Translations under genes and position numbers: made by a program | Origin: Azolla caroliniana | Taxonomy: Eukaryota > Plantae > Polypodiophyta | Direction: 5' to 3' | Assembly (NCBI GenBank): GCA_043228905.1 | Contig: JBHGNT010000014.1 | Coordinates: 10,044,001-10,108,000, forward strand | Length of the DNA: 64,000 nt | In this document: piece by piece, positions 13,301 to 24,995 of the stretch | Layout: each line of letters begins with the position of its first letter | Position numbering within the stretch: the first letter of the stretch is position 1 | Notes under the pieces: model-generated | What the model was told of the DNA's origin: nothing | Database searches by the model: none | The model's input: the letters and a program-made list of their open reading frames with translations, nothing else

Positions 13301-14960
13301 TCGAAGAGAGGTATGATACTAGGGTGATCTTCTAGGAAGTCACCTCTTTGTCGGCTAAGCTATTGAGCATGTGTACCCCTTCCGTGTATAAGAGCGTAGT
13401 TTTCTGAGGCGTGCTTAGGCATTCTTCAGTTATTACCCGTACCTTTGACTTCCCCCGACAGAAGGAGATCATATTCCGCTGCCAATGTTGTTTAATATTT
13501 GTTGTGTGCAACCAGGGTCAACCAAGCAGCATTGGGTAAGCGCCCGGAGCTTCGAGGCGTAACACGAAGGCCGAGATAGTGAACAGGTGGCTAGCTAACA
13601 TGAAATCAAGGTGGCAAATTAACCTGATGGGGCGAACCGATCGTGTATCGACCATCCGCAGCCAAAAGGGGCAAGGCTCCCATTGATTTATGCCGAGGGT
13701 GTGACATGTGGTCTCGCTGATGACTTTCACACCGGAACCACTGTCACGTCCTTTAATCATGATTTTCACGGCTGGATTCTAGGAATCCATGAGGGGTGGG
13801 CCCGTCCCTGGCTCCGTCAGGTTAATAGGGGGTACAACCGATTTGTCGTCAGCCATGAGCTTAGCCAAGGTATCCCGAAAGTGTGGCATGAGCAGTAACA
13901 TCTTATGTAATGGCAGCGAGATCCTAGCGCTTGTAAGGGCTTCCCATAGATGGTCATCTTCTGCCGTGGTGGATGGTCCCGCGGCCAGTTGTGTGTCGAT
14001 GGTCACGTCCTGCATCTCTGTGTGCATCCATCACGGTCGTCAGATCTCCTGCGATTGTTGTGGCGGTACCGGTCATCGCGGCAACGGTAGTCATCGTCGC
14101 GGTGGTAGTCGTTGTCACGGCGCTGGCGATCCGGGGATCGTGGTTGCTCGTTTGCCCGATGTCAGTATGACTAACGTTCATCCTGCCGGGAGTACATATT
14201 GCGCAGCTCGATCTGGCGAACTAGAGCCGTTATTATGCGGTTGAGCATGTTGTACTCATATTGTGCGATTGTGTGAGCTCAGGACTAACATATGGGGCAC
14301 TGTGGCCGGTGAGGGCACTCAAGAGCTAGATGGCCTGAGCCTGAGCAGGTCGTGCATTGAAGGGCTTGTTGGAAATGATTGTCCTCCTGAGGAAGGGAGC
14401 TTTGCAAAGAGCTCGTGGAGAAAACCGTGGTATGTTGTGTCTGATCGATTGCAAGGGCTCGTGTGATGACTTGCTCGATAGTCTGGTTGGAGAAATCTGT
14501 AAGTGCGAGAGTCGTTCGTAGAGGCTCCCGCAGGCTGGGCAGGAAGGTATCCGGAATGTGATGAGCGGAAACATCGTCGGCCAGTTGTTGGTAGAGATGT
14601 TGAAACCGGATCGTGAACTGGGCGACCGTCTCGTGAGGTTCTTGGATCATGGAAAAGAATTGTCAGAGTAATTCCCGCTTCGGAACTTGGCGGTGAAATA
14701 ATTGTAGGAACTTTGTCCGAACGTCCTGGAACGTTGTGACCTCTCCCATGTTGAGGCGGGAGTACCATCGAGCAGTCGGGCCATCAAGGGATAAACCAAA
14801 TTCCGCGAGTTTGGAGGCCTCGATTTCGGCAACTCATAACCGCTGCATCGAGTGGTTGGCCTGCCATGTGGACACAAACGCCTGGGTGTGTGATTCCACG
14901 TCAAGCCGTCGGTATACCGTGGGTAAGGGTAAGGCATGGTATCCAGATCCGGGTCCTCGG
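10303..14960 (-). pseudogene. Element A gag-pol (disrupted)
   Basis: Gag CTTCSGSGHLALEC, RT VPKKNRKIRVCVDYRKLN/FLDGFSGYNQI, RH FVDASD, INT KWGLDFVG/YYPQANGLAESTN, WTGPF; many frameshifts. Confidence 0.9.
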
Positions 14961-15242
14961 GTAAAACCAGAAAAGGGTTAGGGTCAGGTTGGATGACCTC
15001 TGGAGGGCTCGGCGGGGAGGTTGGTGCGAAATCAACTCGCGACTAGGTATCGGGTGGCAAGGATTGCAACCAGTGAGCCTTCGATAGTTCCTGGAATGAT
15101 TGGTCAATAACCGCTGAGTCGGAAGTTCCTTCAACTAGCTCAGGGCGTCGGGCAGGTGGTCGAGACCGCATGATGCAATTGGGCGCCGTACTGGCGGCTG
15201 GAGTTTGCTTCCATCGTAGTTCGCTGTGACCTTACAACTATA

Positions 15243-15255
15243 ACCGGGTGTGCCA
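15243..15255 (-). promoter_or_regulatory. Element A canonical PBS (tRNA-Arg type)
   Basis: TGGCACACCCGGT 5 nt after the 5' LTR. Confidence 0.8.
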
Positions 15256-15260
15256 AATTG

Positions 15261-15751
15261 TGTTAACCGTTTCTAGGAAAACACCTTCGATGAGCCCACA
15301 GGTTATCGGTGTCAAGGGATCGTGCTACATGGGAGCCTCTTCTACACAGGGAAGAAGAAAAGAAGAAAGAACAAGGAGCGTACACGGGCTACAACCCGTT
15401 AGGCATAAACGTAGCTCGCTTTACGAGTACGGGGAGAATACACAGATAGAATATTAGAAAAAACGAAACTTATATTAAACGATAGAGCTCCCAGTGAGTA
15501 GAGTACTCGACTCTCAGCCGGAAACAGTTAGTGCAGAGCTTGTTGCTAGGATATTCCTCTCTCTAAGAATGATCTAGATAAATCCCCCCTTGGGGTATGC
15601 ATAACTCATGTTATATAGTTTTCCCCTTCAGATAGAGCCGAGCCATCGGCTGATTGTGAGGGTTCAAACACAGCTATTTCTAGTCTTACCTATTTCCTCA
15701 CCACACAGCGAGTTTACATAATATATTTATATTTCTAGCCTATGGACAACA
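15261..15751 (-). repeat. Element A 5' LTR (491 bp)
   Basis: tgttaaccgtttctagg...tatggacaaca. Confidence 0.95.
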
Positions 15752-16029
15752 AGGTGCAATGCCGATCTCAAAGTTTTTGTGCTGCTACGGGAGCTTCATC
15801 TGCATTCGTGCTTAGAGTACTCTAAGATGATGGCACTATTCCCCAAGTTGCACTATGTCAAAAACCAAAGATCAAATATTTGAGTATTCTCATAAATTAA
15901 ATGACATGTATTTAACTAATAAAACATAAAATTTCACAAACCATCCTTATGATTTTCCCACAAAAAACTAGCTAATTAGTTGTGGCCATTTTAGTAACTA
16001 ATTAGCTATGATAGTGTTCCCTCTCGCAT

Positions 16030-17705
16030 GCAGTTACCCACCACACTTCCTCCTATTCAGAAGTGGTCTTTTTCATTGAGTTCGCCTTGTGCTTCATCAC
16101 AAAGGTTGGCCCTTTTCCGGTCTTACCGATTCCGGATCCTTCCAAACCTTTTGTGTAGTTCGAGCTTGGTTCGTTCCCTTCTTGCCACAATACCAGCATG
16201 ATGGGTCGGCCTTCCCTTGCAGGTTTCCAGCACAGCTTTGACTCCCCCTGCTCGTGGAGGGTCCGGAACTACTATCGGCACTGTCTCTGTGCCTCCGGTT
16301 CTACTCTTGCCGGCCGCCGCTATTGCGTGCCGACCCACCTTGTCCTCCTTCTTGCCACAATACCAGCATGATGGGTCGGCCTTCCCTTGCCGGTTTCCAG
16401 CACCGCTTTGACTCCCCCTGCTCGTGGAGAGTCCGGAACTACTATCGACACTGTCTCTGTGCCTCCGGTTCTACTCTTGTCGGCCGCCGCTATTGCGTGC
16501 CGACCCACCTTGTCCTCCATGCCCACGGACCCAATCAGCGTCTGTGTATATCATGTGACTGTTCGATTGAGTGATCCTCGATCCCGTCGTGTGGTTTTCT
16601 TCAACAATTAGCATCGATTGTAGGTCGAAGAAGGACAATGGCTTCTCTTGGGTGCAAATTGTCTTCTGGATTGGCCCGTACCGTTGTGCTAGATGACCGA
16701 GGCAGATATGGACCATCTCGTCTTCGACCATTGTCACGTTGATGGACCTAAGTACATTGTGGATCTGCTTGATCTTGTTTGTGTAGTTGGTAACCGTCAT
16801 GTCCCGTTGCCGGATATTGTTGAGTTGTTGTTAGAGTTGCAACTTCTGAGCCATGGTACTTGCGGCTAAAGTCTTCCAGAGATTTTCCCAAGCCTCCATC
16901 GGCGACTTTGCATCTCTGATGTAGCTGAGCATTTGGTCGTGCACATAGGACACAAGGCAATACAACACTCTGCTTGCTCCTTGCTCCCATGTCAGGGAGT
17001 CCTTGTGTGCCGAATCCGATGCTGCTACATTTGCTCCTTCGACATAGCTCCAGTATTTGTGCCTCAGTAGGTATTGGTGCATTTTATACGACCAAGACGC
17101 ATAGTTGCTCCGGTCGAGCTTTTCTGTAGGAAGCGAGCTCTCCATGCTTCTGTCAATATCTTTATTCTCTCTCTGTTCTTTATCGGTCATTAGGGTTTGT
17201 CCATTTCAAGCACTTGTCAGTAGCAGAGGTTCTCAACCCTCGCTCTTTGATACCATGTAAAAGATGTTGTGCAGATGCTAAGAAAAAACTAGCTAGTCCG
17301 GATTACATTAGAACACAAAACAGAGGTTTAATGGAAAGCTTGAATACATGGGAGAGACATAGAGAGTAGAAAAATATAAACTCAATTAAAAAAATAACAC
17401 TCTATATGTACAAATTTCCTATAGGACACTTTTTATACAAGTCCTTAAAAGGACTAACAGAACTACTGACATGTACTTCAATGCTCATATGAGCGACTAA
17501 CACTAACTGCAAGAAATATACCTATGTACTAGGCTAGGACTGTAGGCCTCTAATGGCCTACCGGTTACAATCAAATCCGTCTCTTTGATCTTTCTGTTGG
17601 TTCCAAATACCGATCCAGATACCCCTTTTGTTCTCCATTCCGGATACCAATTCGGCTCTGGCTTATTAAGTTGATCTAGATCCGGTTGAGCTTGTATGCT
17701 CAACA
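16030..17705 (-). mobile_element. Element I: truncated Copia related to B (5' LTR 17256-17705, PBS, gag)
   Basis: EKLDRSNYASWSYKMHQYLL gag nearly identical to B; TGGTATCAAAG PBS at 17245-17255; LTR tgtaaaag...ctcaaca; left boundary approximate. Confidence 0.85.
16177..16518. repeat. 170-bp tandem duplication
   Basis: ccttcttgccacaatacc...ttgtcctcc starts at 16177 and again at 16347. Confidence 0.9.
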
Positions 17706-18232
17706 ACATGATAGCTGAAGACGGGTACAGAACGACTTTGAGCAAGTCGACATGGATGATCAGCCGTGGAAACCTGAAAATTGGAAGCAGACAGAAGTAC
17801 AACAACTTGTATCCAATGATGGCGATCAATCCAGAAGGAACCCTGAACATAGCCGAAAAAACCGACCCGAACCTATGGCATGGTTGACTAAGCCATATGT
17901 CTCAAGTCATTCTCGATCGACTAATGGCAGTTGGTTACATTCCAAAACTCCAAGCAAAGATGGACTTCTGTGAGCATTGTCCATACGGGAAACAGACCGA
18001 AGTCCGCTGTCGTGAAAATCCATCACTATGTGCGGATCGTGAGGAATCCATCAATCCAGAAGGAACCCTGAACATAGCCGAAAAAACCGACCCGAACCTA
18101 TGGCATGGTTGACTAAGTCATATGTCTCAAGTCGTTCTCGATCGACTAATGGCAGTTGCTTACATTCCAAAACTCCAAGCAAAGATGGACTTCTGTGAGC
18201 ATTGTCCATACGGGAAACAGACCGAAGTCCGC
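17706..18232 (+). pseudogene. Element K: old Copia GAG-pre-integrase fragment
   Basis: WMISRGNLKIG...NLY...NLWHG*LSHMS...DFCEHCPYGKQ (LWHxRLGH...CxxC motif). Confidence 0.75.
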
Positions 18233-18269
18233 TGTCGTGAAAATCCATCACTATGTGCGGATCGTGAGG
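17825..18269. repeat. 225-bp-period tandem duplication spanning the K / element D LTR junction
   Basis: atcaatccagaagg...ggatcgtgagg at 17825 and 18050, separated by filler aatcc. Confidence 0.9.
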
Positions 18270-20114
18270 CGGAACCACTGGGTTATGGACGGGAAGGAAA
18301 TAGGGCTCACACGCACAACACAAGGAAGGCTTACACAAACAAGACACAATTATTCGAACGTGTTTATGAAAATGAGAGGTGCATGGGCAAGCCCGAATCA
18401 ACCCCTAGTCACAAGGCGAACAAATGCACGTGAGGAAGGCTTACACACGGACTCACGAGGAAAAGACTTACTTACACACACGAGAGACAGAGTTTCAAAT
18501 GCATTTGTGAAAAGAGAGGTGCATGAGCAAGCCTGAACACTCCCTTGATACAAGACACGCGAACACACAAGGAAAAGGCTTACTTACACACACGAGAGAC
18601 AGAGTTTTGAATGTCTTTGTGAAAAGAGAGGTGAATGGGCAAGCCCAAACACTCTCTTGTTACAATACGCGCAAACACACAAGCAAGGTTTACACACGGG
18701 AGACACAATTTCGAACGCCTTTGTGAAAGGAGAGGTGCATGGGCAAGCCCGAACGCTCCCTTGCCACAAGTCGAACGAACACACAAGCAAGATTTACACT
18801 AACATGCAAGAAACGATTTCGAACGCCTTTGTGAAAGGAGAGGTGCATGGGCAAGCCCGAACGCTCCCTTGCCACATGTCGCACGAACACATGTCAAGCA
18901 ATATTTACACTAACACGCAAGACACGAAAGTTTGAATGCCTTTGTGAAAGGAGAGGTGCATGGGCAAGCTCGAAACGCTCCCTTGTCACAAGACACACAA
19001 ACAGATAAGCACAAATCACAATAACATATAAGACACGTAATTTTGAATGCCTTTGTGAAAGGAGAGTTGCATGGGCAAGCCTGAAACGCTCCCTTGTCAA
19101 AAGACACACAAACAAATAAGCACAAATGACAATAACATATAAGATACGTAAGTTTCAATGTCTTTATGAAAGGAGATGTGCATGGGCAAGCCCGAAACGC
19201 TCCCTAGTCACAAGACACACAAACAAATAAGCACAAATGACAATAACATATAAAATACGTAAGTTTCAACGCCTTTGTGAAAGGAGAGGTGCATGGGCTA
19301 GCTCGAGACGCTCCCTTGTCAAAAGACACACAAACAAATAAGCACAAATGAAGATAACATATAAGACACGTAGGTGAAACCAAACATTAGTTTATTACAA
19401 TATAATAGATTCTTTTATAAAATAAGAATCAATTTTACAACGGGTTTGATATGAATATGAGAGATAGTTTATAAAGGAAGGGGGAAGAGAGGTGGAGGAA
19501 AGAAGAGAGTGGAATATAGAAGAAGGTGATTCTTTGTTGATGATGCCTCTCAATGTTGTTGATCCTTCTCAATTGAGTAGAGCTTCCGCTTTCCTTCTCC
19601 CTCCCCCCCTTCTTGACTAGAATAGGCGCTTATGTATAGGTTTAGGATTGCTTGCCTTTTTCCCCTAAAAAAAAGCTTGTCTATATGAGTCGACTTTTCT
19701 TTTCCTCACTATGTCTGTTTTCTAGCCCCAAATTTCACATACAAGATATTCTTGGAAAGCTCTTTGGGTTAGCTTTCTTATGCATCTTTTCTTTTCTAAT
19801 TTGGACATCTGAAGAAGAAATTATGAGCTTTGTTCTCTATTGTGCTCCTCATATCCACGCGTGCTTTTATTTTTTTTCTCTTCATCTTTTTCTCTACTTT
19901 TGTTTACGTTTGAAAACCGCCTCTAACTTAATATTCATCATTATTTATTGTAAGGTTCAACACTTTGACCTTTTATTTATAAGGAATTAACTTTGGCAAA
20001 ATGAAAAAGTATTTTTGCTACCAATAAAGTGTACTTCACATTACTAGTTTATTTAAACTACTATTTTGCTTCTTTTCTAGGGTGGTTTCACACTGTGTTA
20101 CAAACATCACAACA
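18233..20114 (-). repeat. Element D 3' LTR (about 1.9 kb)
   Basis: Starts tgtcgtga, probable end catcacaaca next to a G-rich tract (GGTGGGGGTGGA on minus); right end inferred, not confirmed by a second copy. Confidence 0.65.
18350..19372. repeat. Tandem array of about 105-120-bp units inside the D LTR
   Basis: About 9 copies of gcctttgtgaaaggagaggtgcatgggcaagcccgaa; same unit at 41850-42190. Confidence 0.9.
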
Positions 20115-20199
20115 TCCACCCCCACCAAACCTGCACATCCTCCAATATGTGCCAATGATTGTTAGTTGCTATTGCTTATTCTTTTTAAACCTTGAAGTC

Positions 20200-21798
20200 T
20201 AGAGGTTCGATTTCAGGATTTGTGGTCTCTCTTCTCTAAAAGATCTTGATTCTCTTCCTTGCAATCGGCAAAGCAAGTCGAGTTCCATCTAACTCCGCTA
20301 GAAAATAAGTTGCATTGTTTTCTATTTCCTTAACCACGTATGGACCAAACCATCATTTCACGAACTTTCGAGTAGTGCTATGCTGATTATCAAGGTTGCT
20401 AGCATAGACAAGTACCCAATCTCCTTCTTCAATTTTTCTTAGATGAAGACAATACTTTTTATCAGAATTCTCCTAGTTCCTCAATCGAGCCTCACATAAC
20501 CGTTCTATTGCTAACTCGACATCTTTGGGTCTCCGTTCTAATTGTTGGATCCTTATATCTAGCAAGTTTTCTCGACTCATCTCCTCTTGCCATGGCAAAG
20601 GCATCCATGAGGTAACACTTTGCTCGATAGACATTATTGGTTTTTGCCCTAATATGAGCTTGGACGGCATATATCCAATAGTCGTGCTATGTGTAGTTCT
20701 ATCGGCCCACAATGCATATGGTAATAATCGTGGCCGCCAGTCCCCCACCTTCCCATCGCAAGCCTTTGCTAGAGCTTTTACAATCAGGCTATGTCCCCGC
20801 TCCACCTTTCCATTTGCCTCTGGATTGTATGCTATGGCAAGTGATAATTTAATGCCTATTCTTGAGAAAAACTCTTTAGCTTCATTTGCATCTAATTCTC
20901 CTCTATCGGCTTCTATTTTGCCAACACATCCGTATCAACAAATAATATCTTCAAGGAGAAACTTGCAAACCGCCAAAGTTGTTTTATTCCTTAGTGCCCG
21001 ACCTTCTACTTGGTTGGTGAGATCCTCTCTTGCTAGCACAAGGTATCTCATTTGCCACAATCCCATTGGCATAACCACTATGTCTACCAACCACTTATAG
21101 TGCATTGATAATAGATATGTCGGATGAAGTTCATCCCTATGTTGAACATTCGAGTATAATTGGCATTGCGCACATGTTTCAACATAGCTTCCCACATCTT
21201 TGTAAACACCCGGCGACCAATACTTCTCCTTGAGCTTTGCAAAAGTTGTCCATATACCTCGATGACTTGCCCATACACTATCATGAAACTCAGTAATTAG
21301 TGTTTGTTGATCTTGTTTCTTGCACACCACTCGAAGTGGAGTTCCATTCTTCCTCTTTGGAAACTTCCATAGATGTCCTTCTTTGAGGAAGAACTGGTAG
21401 GCCTTCTTCCTAATTTGGTAGAAGTCTTCCTTTGACCATGATTCATCCTTTGTAAGAGGGCTTAAGTACTTGCAAATTTCGATGAATTCACCCTCATAAT
21501 CTTCTACTTTAAACACCGCTAGCATCCGAGCACAAGAAACCGTAAAGAAGTTTAGGCCAACATCCTCTTCATCGGAGCACGGATTTTATTCACCCTTGTA
21601 CCTTGCCCTTGACAACATATCGGCCACCACATTATGTTTCCCAATTATATGTTGAGTCTTCGGGTTGAGCAACTTGATATAGGCAATTCATCGTAGCATA
21701 GCACAACCGGATATTATCCCGACAATAGGTAGACAATCGGTTTCGATTATGACTTCCGTTTCGATAAGGTAGTCGTGATCGGTTTTAACCGCAGATAC
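20200..21798 (-). pseudogene. Element D RNase H end and integrase
   Basis: EFHDSVWASHRG...CAQC zinc finger, WLVDIVVMP, AREDLTNQVEGRAL, YALWADRTT. Confidence 0.85.
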
Positions 21799-22265
21799 GG
21801 TTACCGATTAGGAACAAGGTCTAAACTCAGTCCTTCAAGCTAGACTTCAAGGTGATTGTGGTGCAAGGAATAGATCCGTATGTGTGTGAATCGTAATAGG
21901 CTTACAAAGCAAGCGTATTGTCGGGGCGTGAAGGGAGACAGCTACAAGCGAATCTCACTAGTGCGTGATCTCATATGCACACTTACCCTACACTTACTAG
22001 CCTACAGTTACCAACAGAGTACTACACCGAATCAGTAGACGATTTGCACAGACAAGGGAATTAGAGAAGATAATATTGTATTACAGAAGGTAGCTCTCAA
22101 AATACACGCTACCTCTTTACAGAGGATTTCTGCCCTTTATATACACAAAGCTTTTAGTTTGTTACGCTCCTAGCATGAACCGTTACATGCATTTCTTTAA
22201 CGCTTCTAATATTATATTCTATTCGTTTAAGCATTAGGTCCGGCAGACAACACCGACAGACAACA
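21799..22265 (-). repeat. Element C 3' LTR
   Basis: (g)gttaccgattaggaac...cagacaaca. Confidence 0.9.
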
Positions 22266-22267
22266 CT

Positions 22268-22284
22268 TGGCACGCCTGTGGGAC
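22268..22284 (+). promoter_or_regulatory. Inverted tRNA-Arg PBS-like site at the PPT position of element C
   Basis: TGGCACGCCTGTGGGAC 2 nt (ct) from the 3' LTR, same placement as in A. Confidence 0.85.
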
Positions 22285-23911
22285 AGTGCCATGGCACGTC
22301 GAACCTGTCCCTCTACTCATCATTCAAAATGTCCAAGATGTTCGGCTCTGTCCGTACGACATGGTCCGGAGACGGCGTGAAGTACGTAGGTGCTTCATTG
22401 TTCTGCTCGACCGACTCATCCAATTGTGTGTTGTCCACTTCACCACGCTCGGCCGGTGTGTGAGTTCCCATGTTGTCATCTTTACTCCGTGTAATCAAGG
22501 CCGACTCAGTTGATTCAGTATCCGGATCATTCCTCCGTGGTTTTGGCGTTGGCTCTTCAGTCTATGGGCAAGCGGTCGGACGGGGCTCTTCCCTGTTCGT
22601 ATCTTCCGTAGCATGGATAGGCGTAGTGGTCACCTCCGATGGGTTATTCGAATTAGGTTGAGGCTCATCTTGTTTGGCGGAATCGTTGTCTGGTATCACA
22701 ATCTCCGTCCTCTGTTGTTCGATGCGGATCTCCATTAGCCGGTGGAAAATGTCTTCTTGACTTTCCTTGAAATCTTCCAACAGCTGTGTGTTCTTCGAAG
22801 TGCTGGTCCGCTAGCATGCGATAATGTTGTGTGAGGTCCTCGCGTACTGCCGCAATGCTTTCCTCATTAAGCTTGTAGAAGCCTCTGCCTTCTTTTCGTC
22901 GATTCTCCCAGTCCACCCGGTAGGTGTGCAATTCTGCTTCATGCATTGCCCACGCCATCCATCCTTTGTCCAACGCCGCTTTCAACTATGTCGTAACCTA
23001 CTCGCGATTTGTTTGAAGAAGAACGCGTACATTGTCCATTATCGTTTGGGAGCGGGTTTGCGCTTCGTCTAGAGCTTTCTTGAGGTTCTCGATTTTACAC
23101 TTATTGGTCGTAGTGGCTTCCTCATAGAGGCTCTTCATATTTGCCCATATCATTGTTCCTCGAGCCGGCCCATTTCATTGTTCAGGCGGACTTCTACGTA
23201 ATGCTTAAGTTCCCGTTCCCACACGAGTTGTTTGTCGTACCATGCTTTATTCTTTTCCAATAATTCTTGGAATCCCGTGATAACGGCTTCTGTCGTTTGG
23301 GCTTCCTCACGTAGGTTTCTGTTTTCTTCTTTTGTGTGGGTATGCATTGCTGTCCCCGCCTCAAGCTTATCCTCCAGTGCTTTCACCACCCTTCGTCCTT
23401 TTGCCCGGATATCCTTTTCTCTGTCTGATGATTGGCGAAGTTTCGCGTGGAGGTAGTCAATCTCAGACTCGGCTAACTACGTAGCTCTTTTTGCTTTTAT
23501 GGCGATGGCGGTTTGTGCTTCGACCTCCTCCCGTAAAGTCGTCAATGCGTCATCGTTGGATGTCAATCCGGGGTTTTGCTGCACCGTAGTTGTGGTGCGT
23601 TCTAATTCCGCAATGCACTCTTGGGCCTTCTGTAGTTGGGCTTGAGATAACTTGACTGTTTTCCTGACATTTTTATTTTTGATAGCCATATCTTTGGCTC
23701 CCATACTGACTGTGGCCAACTCCCTATGTACTTTGATGAGGGTCGTATTCAATGGGGGTAATTCAATGCCCATGCGGTGAATCCCTACGTTCCGTTGCCT
23801 ACCTATCTTGGTGAGGGGTCCCTCATCTTTCCTTTCCACCGTTCTCGTCAACGCACGCTCAATCATTTGCTATTCCGCGTGCTCCTCCGCCATTCTTTGG
23901 GACACCTTGAC

Positions 23912-24995
23912 GAGAACTGAACGCTCCCTATACGCAACGCTCGGCCACAACCGAGCTTAGGATCATACACAGAAAACGAAAATGAAGAACAACACAATGG
24001 AAGAGAAGAGTACGCAAGATGTTTAACGTGGAAAAACCCCAAACTAGGGAAAAAACCACGGCAGCCCACAGGCTGCAAACTATCACTAGGTTAGTATGTA
24101 CAACTGCAAACTATCACTAGGTTACACGCTTTGATCTCACGCAGACAAGAAATAATAACAACAACACAGTTTAAAAGGTTTGCCCTAAGTCATATTTATA
24201 CTAATATGACTTTTCGGCTATTTACAAATATAGCCTCGATGGACTCTCAGAAACATATTTACGAATATGTCTCTTCATCCGGTGAGCATTCCTCACCGGG
24301 TCTGCACCATCCGGTTCTCACCGGGTCCGCACCATCCGGCTCTCCGTAACCGGGTACTCCTTATCCGGTTCTCACCGGGTCTGCACCATCCGGCTCTCCG
24401 TAGCCGGGTACTCCTCATCCGGTTCTCACCGGGTCTGCACCATCCGGCTCTCCGTAGCCGGGTACTCATCATCCGGTTTCGGCCTCGGCCGAGTTTGTTC
24501 ATCAGCATTGTTTTTCTCCCTTCCCATCCAGAGGGACCTGTCTCCCAACAAACTCCCCCTTCACTCCGGCATGGGGTGTCTTACTAGACCGATCCTCTTC
24601 CGGCATGCGTCCAGCTTGTCGGGTATCAGCACTTTGGTCAGCATATCTGACCCGTTCTCGGCCGTGTGGATCTTCGTTAGTGCGAACTCCTGGTCATCTA
24701 CTCTTTCCCGGATCCAGTGATATCTTCGCTGGATATGCTTCGTCCAGGAATGGTAGGCCGCATTCTTAGCAAGGTGGATGGCACTTTGACTGTCGCAATA
24801 GAGCCGGTATTCATCTTGCCGGATACCGAGCTCTCCGATGAAGTCCTTCATCCATAAGATTTCCTTGTCGGCTTCCACAACCGCCATGTACTCCGCCTCT
24901 GTGGTTGACAACGCTACCGTCTTCTGCAGCCTCGACTGCCACGAAACAGCTCCCCCTACATATGTCATTACATACCCAGATGTAGACCGGCTGAT
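23912..24995 (-). mobile_element. Copia 3' fragment (RNase H end, PPT, near-complete LTR), H family, no TSD
   Basis: SRSTSGYVMTYVGG...RHPMPE almost identical to H; PPT GAAGGGGGAG before LTR 23912-24550. Confidence 0.85.
24292..24480. repeat. 54-bp minisatellite (about 3.5 copies) within the Copia LTR
   Basis: ccggttctcaccgggtctgcaccatccggctctccgtagccgggtactcctcat repeated. Confidence 0.9.

Larger units (their letters stand above)
909..15751 (-). mobile_element. Element A: Ty3/Gypsy non-chromovirus (Athila/Tat-like) LTR retrotransposon, degenerate
   Basis: Paired LTRs with TGTT...AACA ends; identical TSD AGGTG at 904-908 and 15752-15756; PR-RT-RH-INT order on the minus strand. Confidence 0.95.

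Noticed and set aside
18350-19372. CRISPR-like repeat-spacer pattern
   Set aside because: Inter-core segments are homologous to each other, there are no cas genes, and the context is a eukaryotic LTR
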